DNA of 64,000 nucleotides from NCBI GenBank assembly GCA_007134735.1, contig SLKG01000043.1, positions 19,317-83,316 on the forward strand, read 5' to 3'. Made by a program: the position numbers and the translations under genes. This DNA is from Kiritimatiellia bacterium. Its GTDB lineage: Bacteria; Verrucomicrobiota; Kiritimatiellia; SLAD01. Within the stretch, counting starts at the first letter, position 1, and each line of letters begins with the position of its first letter. The notes beneath the pieces were generated by a model, which had not been told where the DNA came from, did no database searches, and saw nothing but the letters and a program-made list of their open reading frames with translations. Positions 18,722 to 27,695 of the stretch are shown here, piece after piece.

Positions 18722-20287
18722 TTATGTTCCCGTGGCCGGCGCGTTAAGTGTTTGCTCAACGGTGCGGGCGAGTTTGTCGGCCGTATAGGGTTTTTGCAGA
18801 TAGACGCCCGAACTCAATTGCTGGAGGGTTCTTACGCGCTGGGATTCGGCGTATCCGCTTACAATCAAACAGCGGATTCCGGGTAGCGTGTCGGCAATCT
18901 TCCGGTACAGGTCCAATCCGTCCCCGTCGGTTCCCAGCAGCATGTCCAGCACAAGCAGGTCGGGTTTAAAGGTCCGCGCGTGTTGGAGAGCTTCTTTCGG
19001 TGTTCCCGCGCATTGTACGCGGTATCCGCAGTCTTCCAGGAGGCGACGGGCCAGCAAGCGCTGTTCGGTTTGATCGTCCACCACGAGCACTTTCCGCGTG
19101 TCCGCGGCAGAGCGAGCCCTCTCAGGCGCGCGCGGTCGTTCCGTACGTTCTTTTACCGCGGGGAAGTAGAGAACGACACGGGAACCCCGGTCGGGATGGG
19201 TGCTGATATCGATCGCACCGCCCACCTCTTTCATGACGCCGAACACAACAGCCCGTCCGAGATCGAGGCCGTTGTGTTCCGTTTCTTCCGGGCTGTTAAA
19301 TGGAAGGAATACATCATGTCGACACACGGCGTCGTTGCCGTTTCCTTTGAAGGAGAGGGCCAGCGTGACATATTCGCCTTTTTCGAGGGTCCCACACGTG
19401 CCGGCCCGGTTCTCGCTCAAAGTGGCGAGGACGGTGCGCAGGGAGATCACGCCCTTGGGAGGGGATGCGGATTCAAAAGCGTTTTCCATGAGGTTGGCGA
19501 TTACCTGTTGCAGTGATGAAGGGGCGGCACAGACCGCGGGAAGATGGCCGGCCAGTTGGGGCTCGACCGTCAGGTCCGGTTTCCGTCTTTTCAGTTCTTC
19601 AAAGGCGGCGGATGCCAGGTGGGTCAAGACGACTTCGTTGAGGTCCACGGGTTCTTTTTCGGCGGACCCGCGTTGAGACAGGGTCAACAGGTTTTGAATC
19701 ACGCGGGTGGCCCGCAGCGCGGAATCCCGGATCAGCATCAGGTCCTCCGCCATGGGATTGTCCGCTTGGAGGGTCTTGAGCAGGATATCCGGATATCCGA
19801 CAACGGGGCCGAGTATATTGTTCAGATCGTGGGCGATGCCTCCGGCGAGCAGACCCAGCGCTTCCACCCGATCGGCCTGGCGGCGGCTATCCTGCGCCTG
19901 TTTCTTGAGGGTAATGTCCTCGCAGATCACGTGTACGCGCATACGGCCGGCTTCATCGGGGAAGGGCTGCGCCACTTCCCGGACGCGGATCACCTGGCCA
20001 TCCTTCCGTATTTTCCGGAATTCCCATTCCCGGGTCTCACCGGGCCCGTTTTTCAGACAATCGGAAAGTTGCTGTTGCACGGCTTTCCGGTCATCCGGAT
20101 GGAATATGCCCAGCACGGAACGCCCGGTTAATTCCGACCGGGAATAGCCCAGTGTCCGGGTTCCGAACCGGTTGACGGACAGGATGGTGCCCTCTCCGTC
20201 CACCACGAAGTACATGAGTGGAACATGGTCGTTCCACCGGGTTTCAAATTCGGGTTCTTTTTTCGGTTTTTTACGTGCCTCTGCCAT
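18722..20287 (-). CDS. PAS-domain hybrid histidine kinase/receiver with degenerate HATPase domain
   Basis: PAS/PAC domain, H-box GGIAHDLNNIL, receiver VVDD...LVLDM...SGY...QKP; G1/G2 boxes are altered. Confidence 0.85.
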   Translation of the reverse strand: MAEARKKPKKEPEFETRWNDHVPLMYFVVDGEGTILSVNRFGTRTLGYSRSELTGRSVLGIFHPDDRKAVQQQLSDCLKNGPGETREWEFRKIRKDGQVIRVREVAQPFPDEAGRMRVHVICEDITLKKQAQDSRRQADRVEALGLLAGGIAHDLNNILGPVVGYPDILLKTLQADNPMAEDLMLIRDSALRATRVIQNLLTLSQRGSAEKEPVDLNEVVLTHLASAAFEELKRRKPDLTVEPQLAGHLPAVCAAPSSLQQVIANLMENAFESASPPKGVISLRTVLATLSENRAGTCGTLEKGEYVTLALSFKGNGNDAVCRHDVFLPFNSPEETEHNGLDLGRAVVFGVMKEVGGAIDISTHPDRGSRVVLYFPAVKERTERPRAPERARSAADTRKVLVVDDQTEQRLLARRLLEDCGYRVQCAGTPKEALQHARTFKPDLLVLDMLLGTDGDGLDLYRKIADTLPGIRCLIVSGYAESQRVRTLQQLSSGVYLQKPYTADKLARTVEQTLNAPATGT

Positions 20288-20474
20288 CACAAAAATGGAT
20301 ACCCCGGAACGGAACTTGCGTATAGCCGGAGTGTTGCGACAACGGCCCTTCCATGCGGTCCCGGCTTGACGACGGTTGGCTTCTTGATCAACATGAGAAG
20401 GTCCCCTGAGAATGCCGCGCGGAGCGGGCGGGATGTATTCGATTTCAGGGGTATGCGCGACGCGAGGAAAAGCC

Positions 20475-21260
20475 ATGTCATTACGTATTTGCATACTGGC
20501 GAGCGGCAGTTCCGGTAATTGCACCTATATTGAATCGGAGACCACGTCCCTGTTGATCGATGCGGGGTTGAGCGCGAGGCGGACGGCCGACGGCCTGGCG
20601 AAACTGGGCCGGGATATCCGTTCCCTGCAGGGGGTCTGCCTCAGCCACGAACACCGGGATCATGTAACGGGGCTCCGCGTTCTGCATACCCGGTATGGTG
20701 TTCCGGTGTATGCCAATGCCGGGACGGTCGAAGCCTTGCGCCGGAATCTGGAATGGGCGGGGATTGCGTGGCAGGTCTTCACAACGGGCTCCCCTTTTCA
20801 AGTGGGCGATATGCGTGTTGAACCGTTTTCGGTTCCGCACGACGCATACGATCCGGTCGGCTTCGTGGTGGAAACGCAGGGCGCCCGGGTTGGCGTGGTG
20901 ACCGACATGGGCATGGCCACATCGTTGATCCGCGAGCGGTTGCGCCGGTGTCATGCGGTGGTTATCGAGGCCAATCACGACGACCAATTACTGGCCGGCG
21001 CCGAACGGCCCTGGTCGCTCAAACAGCGGATCAAGGGAAGACAGGGCCATCTTTCAAACGAGCACGCCGCGGCCATGCTGGCGGAGATTGCCGGACCGGA
21101 TCTCCGGCAGGTATTTCTGGCGCACTTAAGCGAGGACTGCAACCGGCACGACCTGGCCCTGGAACGCATGCAACGGTGTCTCGTCGAGGGGGGGCATCAC
21201 CACATCAAGGTGAGCCTTACGTTTCCCGACCGGATCAGCGAAGTCTGGTCGTTCGCATGA
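20475..21260 (+). CDS. MBL-fold metallo-hydrolase (YycJ/WalJ-like)
   Basis: LASGSSGN, SHEHRDH, VPHDA, EANHD, GHLSN and HLSEDCN. Confidence 0.92.
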   Translation: MSLRICILASGSSGNCTYIESETTSLLIDAGLSARRTADGLAKLGRDIRSLQGVCLSHEHRDHVTGLRVLHTRYGVPVYANAGTVEALRRNLEWAGIAWQVFTTGSPFQVGDMRVEPFSVPHDAYDPVGFVVETQGARVGVVTDMGMATSLIRERLRRCHAVVIEANHDDQLLAGAERPWSLKQRIKGRQGHLSNEHAAAMLAEIAGPDLRQVFLAHLSEDCNRHDLALERMQRCLVEGGHHHIKVSLTFPDRISEVWSFA

Positions 21261-21373
21261 AATTCCGGCGCGAATTGGGCATTGCGGGGTTGACAGTTTC
21301 CGCAGGCTTCCTGATGCTCACGATATGGGGATGTCGGGGTGGCATCCCGTGTAGATAACCCGTGGAGGCATGT

Positions 21374-21949
21374 ATGAAGAAAACGTTAGCGATTGCGTTG
21401 ATCATGGGGGCGGCCCTGCAGGTCGCGGTAGCCGGCAATATAAGCCTGTTTGGTTCCTATTGGGATGCCAAGGACATGGATGATCCCCTGTTGGGCGGAG
21501 GCCTTAAATTTGATGTGGGGATCAATCCGAACCTTGCCTTTCAGGTCCGGGCCAGTTACCTGGAGGGTGATGTGGATTCAGAGGGCGGGTTGACGATATC
21601 CCTCATCTCCATTCCCCTCGAAGTCGGACTGAAATACAATTTCATGCCGCAGGAACAGTTGAATGCCTATGTGGGCGGCGGCTTGGGGTATTACATGTTT
21701 GCGACGGGTTGGAAAGGCCCGGGCATTGACGAAACCGAATCCGCGGATAACGAGATCGGATTCTACGCGGTGGGCGGAGTTGATTTTCAGGTCGGTGAAA
21801 GAGTGTCTCTTTTTGCGGAGGCCAAGTACACCATGGTAGAGGTCAAGAAGACCGATATACCCAGCGAGTTCGGCGGCGGAGCCGTTGAGATTGATGACGG
21901 ATCGCTTGACGGCATTGGCGTCAATGTCGGTATTACCTTCACTTGGTAA
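21374..21949 (+). CDS. Outer membrane beta-barrel protein (OmpW/OmpA-like)
   Basis: Signal peptide, AYVGGGLGY, alternating beta strands, C-terminal GITFTW; RBS GGAGG. Confidence 0.85.
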   Translation: MKKTLAIALIMGAALQVAVAGNISLFGSYWDAKDMDDPLLGGGLKFDVGINPNLAFQVRASYLEGDVDSEGGLTISLISIPLEVGLKYNFMPQEQLNAYVGGGLGYYMFATGWKGPGIDETESADNEIGFYAVGGVDFQVGERVSLFAEAKYTMVEVKKTDIPSEFGGGAVEIDDGSLDGIGVNVGITFTW

Positions 21950-21969
21950 CGGATTCACAAACGGTTCGC

Positions 21970-22007
21970 GAGGGGCTGCGGGAGTTTTTCCGCAGCCCCT
22001 CTTGTTT
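21970..22007 (+). terminator. Rho-independent terminator
   Basis: GAGGGGCTGCGG-loop-CCGCAGCCCCTC followed by TTGTTT. Confidence 0.75.
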
Positions 22008-22163
22008 ATGCGGGCCGGGGGCGGGTTCGGGGCAACGCGGGACACACCGGCCGGGCCAGGGGCGCCGGTCGAAATATCATTCGCACTCCGCCGGGGGGCG
22101 TGGTAAAGTATCGCCGGATTCGGGCAGGGTGCACCGGATCCGGATTGCGGAATAGCATTCAGG

Positions 22164-23885
22164 ATGACCACGGCAAGCACAACCAAACTGGCTTCGCTGC
22201 TGGAGAAGTCCGGACTGTTCAATCCCGAACAGATTGCGGACCTCCTGCAGAAACAGCAACAGACCGGCATGTCCATTACCGACACGGTGGTGTCGCAGGG
22301 CCTGGCCCGTGAAGATCGGTTTCTCGAAGCACTCGCCGCGGCTATGGGCCTTCCATTTGTGCGGCTGGGCGATTCGGCCATTGAGAGCGCGGTGCTGGAG
22401 AAATTGTCCACGAAGGCCGTGTTTCAATACAACGTAATACCGGTCAGCATGGAAAACGGGACGTTGCGCGTGGCGACGCACGATCCGTTCATTCCCGGAC
22501 TGGTGGATGCCCTGCGCATGGCGTCCGGCATGAAGGTGCGCCTGGCGCTGAGTCCCACGGCGGACATTTCCAAGGCCGCCACCAAGTTCTACGGGGTCGG
22601 CGCGGACACCCTCGAGCGGATGATCCAGGACGACCGCATCGAGGTGACGCCCGAAGAAGATATTCTGAAAAAGGATTTGGGCGAAGAGGGCGACCAGGAA
22701 GCTTCGGTGGTCAAATTCGTGAACCAGATCATCTGGGAGGCCTACAAGGATCGCGCGACGGATATACACCTTGAGCCGATGGAAACCTCGTTGCGCATAC
22801 GCTATCGCATCGACGGCGTGTTGCATCAAACCCCCGTGCCGGCCCATTTGAAGCGCTTCCAGGCTTCGCTGATTTCCCGTATCAAAGTGATGGCGAACAT
22901 GGATATCGCCGAAAAGCGGTTGCCGCAGGACGGGCGCATCAGTCTTAAGATCCGCGGTGAAGACATTGATGTGCGCGTATCCACGATGCCGACGGTATAC
23001 GGCGAGAGCGTGAGCTTGCGCCTGCTGATGCGGCACAGCGGTCTCCTGGGCCTGGATAAACTGGGATTGGAGCCGCCGGACGAAACACTGTTAAAGAAGC
23101 TGATCACAAAACCGCACGGCATCCTGCTGGTGACGGGTCCTACGGGTTCGGGGAAATCCACGTCGTTGTATGCCTGGCTGCACACGATCAATTCCATTGA
23201 CAAGCGCATCATTACCATTGAAGAGCCGATTGAATACGAAATGGCCGGGATCAATCAGATTCATGTCCGGTCCGAAATCGGATTAACATTTGCGGTGGGA
23301 TTGCGTCATATTCTCCGCCAGGATCCCGACGTCATCATGGTGGGCGAAATTCGCGACCGGGAAACCGCCGAAATCGCGATCCGCGCCGCATTGACGGGCC
23401 ACCTCGTGTTCAGCACGTTACACACCAATGACGCCGCGGGGGCGATCACCCGGCTCGTGGACATGGGGATTGAACCGTTCCTGGTGGCGTCATCGCTGGA
23501 GGGGTTGATCGCCCAGCGTCTGGTGCGCCGTTTGTGTCCGAATTGTAAACGGCCCCGGGAGACGGACGAGATGTTTCTGGAGAGCATCGGATTTCCCCAG
23601 GAACGGCGCTCGGAAGGCACGATCTATGAGGCTGTGGGGTGCGAGGACTGTCGCAATACCGGATTCATGGGGCGTACGGGGATTTATGAAATCATCGTGG
23701 TATCCGATTATATCCGTCCCATGGTGGTGGCCCGGGCCTCGAGTACGGAGATCAAGCAGATGGCGATCAAGCACGGTATGCGGATTCTCCGCCACGACGG
23801 ATGGACGAAAGTGCTCAAGGGCATCACGACGATCGAAGAGGTGCTTCGCGTCACGGAAGATGCCGAAGACATGACGGAGACGTAG
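22164..23885 (+). CDS. gspE: Type II secretion ATPase GspE/PulE
   Basis: Walker A GPTGSGKST, LRQDPDVIMVGEIRD, STLHTND and CxxC...CxxC zinc motif. Confidence 0.95.
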   Translation: MTTASTTKLASLLEKSGLFNPEQIADLLQKQQQTGMSITDTVVSQGLAREDRFLEALAAAMGLPFVRLGDSAIESAVLEKLSTKAVFQYNVIPVSMENGTLRVATHDPFIPGLVDALRMASGMKVRLALSPTADISKAATKFYGVGADTLERMIQDDRIEVTPEEDILKKDLGEEGDQEASVVKFVNQIIWEAYKDRATDIHLEPMETSLRIRYRIDGVLHQTPVPAHLKRFQASLISRIKVMANMDIAEKRLPQDGRISLKIRGEDIDVRVSTMPTVYGESVSLRLLMRHSGLLGLDKLGLEPPDETLLKKLITKPHGILLVTGPTGSGKSTSLYAWLHTINSIDKRIITIEEPIEYEMAGINQIHVRSEIGLTFAVGLRHILRQDPDVIMVGEIRDRETAEIAIRAALTGHLVFSTLHTNDAAGAITRLVDMGIEPFLVASSLEGLIAQRLVRRLCPNCKRPRETDEMFLESIGFPQERRSEGTIYEAVGCEDCRNTGFMGRTGIYEIIVVSDYIRPMVVARASSTEIKQMAIKHGMRILRHDGWTKVLKGITTIEEVLRVTEDAEDMTET

Positions 23886-23890
23886 GGAAG

Positions 23891-24012
23891 AATGGAGTAA
23901 TGGAGTGATGGTGACATGGAGTGATCTAAGACTCAGGAATGGAACGAAGTTCCCCCAATCCTCCAGTACTCCAACACTCCATTACTCCATTACTCCATTA
24001 CTCCAACACTCC
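23891..24012. repeat. Inverted pair of 8-bp tandem arrays (TGGAGTRA / CAYYACTC)
   Basis: AATGGAGTAATGGAGTGATGG...ATGGAGTGAT, then about 7 units of CA(TT/AC/GT)ACTC, between gspE and gspF. Confidence 0.9.
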
Positions 24013-24035
24013 GGGACTACTGAAACAGGCTGATC

Positions 24036-25295
24036 ATGCCTCAATATGCCTACACAGCGAAATCCTCCTCGGGTGAGCGGACGGAGGGGACGGTGGATGC
24101 GCGGGACCGGCGCTCGGCCCTGATGCAGATCGAACGGATGGGATTCGTGCCGGTTTCCGTCCGGGAGGGCGGAGCGGCGGTCGGCGCGTCCCGGTCCGAT
24201 CGCCCGGCCGGCCGGAAAACGAAATCGGCGCGGGCTTCGGCGGGGTCGAAAAAGCTGCGCATGAAGACGCGGGATGTATTGTTGTTTACCCGTGAGTTGA
24301 GTGACCTGCTGGCTTCGGGCATGACGCTTGGCAACGCGCTTCATTCCTTGTCGATCCGCAAAACGGGTCGCGCCCAGGATTATGTGATTCCGCAGCTGCG
24401 CGATGAAATCATCCAGGGGACCAGTCTGTCCGATGCGCTGGCCAAACGGCCGGAATCGTTTTCGACCTTGTACGTGAGCATGGTCCGTGCCGGGGAGGCC
24501 AGCGGCGATCTGTCCGAGGTGCTGGAGCGCCTCTGCCAGCATTACGAGCGGGTTCAAGAGGCGCGGGAAAAGATCGGGATGGCGCTCATTTATCCCTCCA
24601 TCGTGCTGGGCATGGGGATTCTGATCATCATCTTCGTGATGATTTGGGTGGTGCCGCAATTCACGGCGATTTTTGAAGAGCTGGGCAGTACCTTGCCCGT
24701 GCCCACGCAGATCCTGATCGGGGTCAGCGCATTCTTCATTCACTACGGGTGGGCCCTGGGGCTGATCACCGCCTTTCTGGTGATTGCGCTCAAGCGGTAC
24801 CTGGCGACGGACGAGGGACAGCGGGCATGGCATCGTTTGCAACTCCGGTTGCCGGTGATCCGGGATGTCGTGGCCGCGAACGCGTATGCTCATTTCGCGC
24901 GCACGCTCAGCGCCTTGTTGTCCAACGGGGTGCCGGTCCTGGACGCGTTGTCGATCGTCGAGAACACGGCGGGCAACCGGGTCATTGCCCGCGAGATACG
25001 CGAGGCCCGCACCCGGGTCACGGACGGTGCGACCATTTCCGCTCCGCTGGCGGCGGGCAAGGTGTTTCCGCGTTTACTGACCGACATGCTGGCGGTCGGA
25101 GAGGAAACGGGCGACATGAGCGGGGCCCTTGAGCATATCGGGAACCGGTACGAACATGAACTGGATCGCAACATCAAGGTCATGACGACGGTATTGGAAC
25201 CGGCCATGATCATTCTCATTTTCCTCGTGGTCGGGTTTGTCGCCATCAGCATGCTGATGGCTGTATTTGATTTGACCAGTGGGTTGAGTGTATAA
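24036..25295 (+). CDS. gspF: Type II secretion inner-membrane platform protein GspF/PilC
   Basis: FTRELSDLLASG, AGEASG, ALIYP, VGEETG and LEP motifs. Confidence 0.95.
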   Translation: MPQYAYTAKSSSGERTEGTVDARDRRSALMQIERMGFVPVSVREGGAAVGASRSDRPAGRKTKSARASAGSKKLRMKTRDVLLFTRELSDLLASGMTLGNALHSLSIRKTGRAQDYVIPQLRDEIIQGTSLSDALAKRPESFSTLYVSMVRAGEASGDLSEVLERLCQHYERVQEAREKIGMALIYPSIVLGMGILIIIFVMIWVVPQFTAIFEELGSTLPVPTQILIGVSAFFIHYGWALGLITAFLVIALKRYLATDEGQRAWHRLQLRLPVIRDVVAANAYAHFARTLSALLSNGVPVLDALSIVENTAGNRVIAREIREARTRVTDGATISAPLAAGKVFPRLLTDMLAVGEETGDMSGALEHIGNRYEHELDRNIKVMTTVLEPAMIILIFLVVGFVAISMLMAVFDLTSGLSV

Positions 25296-25348
25296 TGTAA
25301 GGAGATCCAGCGAAGGGACAGGGCGGAAGATCCCGCAGGAGATAGGAT

Positions 25349-25741
25349 ATGAAAAGAATACGTCGAGCATCAAAAACGCACCGTCGAGCCGGGTTCACTC
25401 TGATTGAGATCCTGTTGGTGGTGGTGATTATCGGCATCCTGGTCGGGATGGCCATTCCGCGTCTGGGCGGAAGGGTTCGACAGGCGGAGGAAGCGAGAGC
25501 CCGGGCCGATATCCAGAATATCGGCATGGCGTTGCGTCTGTATGAATTGGACATGGGCGAATACCCGGGTTCCCTGGATGCGTTGGTGAACAATCCCGGC
25601 GGCTCACGCTGGAACGGTCCTTACCTGGAGGGCGGTATTCCGCGCGATCCTTGGGGCGAGTCGTATCAATACCAGCGCACGGACAGGGGGTATACGCTGA
25701 GGTCAAGCGGCCTGGAAAGCGACCGTGACAACCAACGTTGA
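25349..25741 (+). CDS. gspG: Major pseudopilin GspG
   Basis: G|FTLIEILLVVVIIGIL, WNGPYL and DPWG. Confidence 0.93.
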   Translation: MKRIRRASKTHRRAGFTLIEILLVVVIIGILVGMAIPRLGGRVRQAEEARARADIQNIGMALRLYELDMGEYPGSLDALVNNPGGSRWNGPYLEGGIPRDPWGESYQYQRTDRGYTLRSSGLESDRDNQR

Positions 25742-26345
25742 CGCGGGAAGGATCCGCCCGGACGCTTCCCCGACGGTGGACGCGCGCGGACCGAAAAACC
25801 GGGATGGTTTCAGTCTGCTGGAAATCATTCTTGTCGTGACCATTATCCTGATCGCTTCGGCGATTGCGATTCCCTCTTTCGTGCGGTCGTATGAAGGTGC
25901 ACGTCTTAATACGTCGGCCCGCACCATTGCGACCGCCAGTAAATACGCCCGGAATATGGCCGTTCTTCGGCAGCAACACATGGCCATCCTGTTCGACACG
26001 CACCGGAACGAGATTGAAATTCTGACCCTCGGCGCGGGGGCCGGCCGTTCCGAACAGGGCGTGTTTCTGGATAGGCGCGCCGGGCACGACCGTCGTTGGG
26101 ATGCCGACCCGGAACAGACCACCATCGAGTCCCTCAAGGTGCGCCCCATGGAGAACGGTGTGCGGATCCTGGGCGTTTCCGACTTCGAAGGCCGGCAGCG
26201 GTACGACGGCATCTATTGGGTGAACTATTATCCCAGCGGAATGTCTGATAAATACACCGTCCGCCTGGGCGATGCACGGAACCGGACGGTGCGGATGGAA
26301 GTGGACCACATTTCAGGAAGATTTTCGGTGGAGTTCGGGAGATAG
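25725..26345 (+). CDS. gspH: Minor pseudopilin GspH/FimT-like
   Basis: G|FSLLEIILVVTII, then ARNMAV; position in operon. Start uncertain. Confidence 0.8.
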   Translation: MTTNVDAGRIRPDASPTVDARGPKNRDGFSLLEIILVVTIILIASAIAIPSFVRSYEGARLNTSARTIATASKYARNMAVLRQQHMAILFDTHRNEIEILTLGAGAGRSEQGVFLDRRAGHDRRWDADPEQTTIESLKVRPMENGVRILGVSDFEGRQRYDGIYWVNYYPSGMSDKYTVRLGDARNRTVRMEVDHISGRFSVEFGR

Positions 26346-26352
26346 AAGGAAT

Positions 26353-26844
26353 ATGGGATGCACCTCAATCCTGGTCCCAATCTTGATTGACGAAAGGGAT
26401 TACGACAAGGATTGCGACAGGGATAAGGACCTCAAACGTAACATGACGCTACCCGAAAAACATTCCCGCTCCGGATTGACCCTGATCGAGGTCATGCTGG
26501 CGCTCTCCATTCTGGGGATCGGCCTGTTTGTGCTGGTGGCCGGGACCGCGCAGGGACTGGCCGTGGTGCGCGCGGCGCGGCTCTATGATCATGCCCACGG
26601 CCTGCTGGGCCGGATTGAGGCCGAACATCCGATTCGCTCCGAAGACATCCGTCCCGGTGTGGAGCGGGGCGCCTTCGGGTATGAGCACAGGGATTTCTCG
26701 TGGGAACGGGAAATTGATTACGTGGGGGATGAGGAAGACCGTCTCTTCGTGGTAACCACGCGGGTGATCTGGTCCCGGCGCGGCCGGCGTGGGTTCGAAG
26801 AAGTGGTGACGTATCGGCATCTACCGGAGGAAGAGGAGGAGTGA
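26353..26844 (+). CDS. gspI: Minor pseudopilin GspI
   Basis: G|LTLIEVMLALSIL; start either ATG 26353 (after AGAAGGA) or in-frame ATG 26443. Confidence 0.8.
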   Translation: MGCTSILVPILIDERDYDKDCDRDKDLKRNMTLPEKHSRSGLTLIEVMLALSILGIGLFVLVAGTAQGLAVVRAARLYDHAHGLLGRIEAEHPIRSEDIRPGVERGAFGYEHRDFSWEREIDYVGDEEDRLFVVTTRVIWSRRGRRGFEEVVTYRHLPEEEEE

Positions 26845-27695
26845 TAAAGTACTGGAGTACTGGGGTAGCGGGGAACGTTGATTCCGGCGACGAATCGACC
26901 CGGTCTGTTGCTACCCATGCTTCGGCGGGTCCAACGGCCCCGCCCTACCGGGTCCAAATCCACCGTGAGAGGCGAGGGCGCTTGCGCCGCGACCGCCGGA
27001 ATCCCGCTATCGTCCGGCCGGTCTCTTCAGCCGGTTTTACCCTGCTCGAACTGCTCGTGGCGCTGGTCATTCTCGTGTCCGCCACGACCATTGTCTGGGC
27101 CACCTTTTCCTCCACGCTCCGGGCCTGGCAGCGGGGCACCGCCCTTACGGACGATCTTCATCACGGTGATTTTGTGATGGAGCAATTGACGGCCGCGCTC
27201 CGGTCGGCGGCTTTTTTCCATTCCGATCCCGCGCTGTATGAATTCCGGCTGGAGAAGCGGGGCGGAGGACAGCATCCGGCGGATGTCTTGAGCTGGGTGA
27301 CCACCAGTCCGGCCTTCATGCCCGGCGATTCCCCCTGGGTGCACGGGTTGCACCGCATCGTGGCCACGGTGGACCGTGACCGCCGCGGCGAGCGCGGATT
27401 TGCGGTCACCGCATTCCACCACCTTGAAGATCGCGACGATCTGGACGCGGATTTCTGGTTCATATCCGGCCGGGTGCAGGGCCTTCGGTGCGAGGTATAT
27501 GATTACGGGCGGGATCAATGGGTTCCCCGCTGGCCGGAAAGCAATTCCATCCCTTCGCGATTAAAGGTCACCCTGTACCTGGAGCCGCCCCGGGGTGAGC
27601 GGACTCCGATACAGGTCACGCGCGTGATCGATATTCCCGTAGCGCCGGTGGTTACCCAGGCGCTGGACCAGGCGGAGGGAGGGATGATGGAATGA
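26841..27695 (+). CDS. gspJ: Minor pseudopilin GspJ
   Basis: G|FTLLELLVALVIL; C-terminal W..RW....IPSRLKVTL; GTG start overlaps the gspI stop and follows a strong GGAGGA RBS. Confidence 0.82.
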   Translation: MIKYWSTGVAGNVDSGDESTRSVATHASAGPTAPPYRVQIHRERRGRLRRDRRNPAIVRPVSSAGFTLLELLVALVILVSATTIVWATFSSTLRAWQRGTALTDDLHHGDFVMEQLTAALRSAAFFHSDPALYEFRLEKRGGGQHPADVLSWVTTSPAFMPGDSPWVHGLHRIVATVDRDRRGERGFAVTAFHHLEDRDDLDADFWFISGRVQGLRCEVYDYGRDQWVPRWPESNSIPSRLKVTLYLEPPRGERTPIQVTRVIDIPVAPVVTQALDQAEGGMME

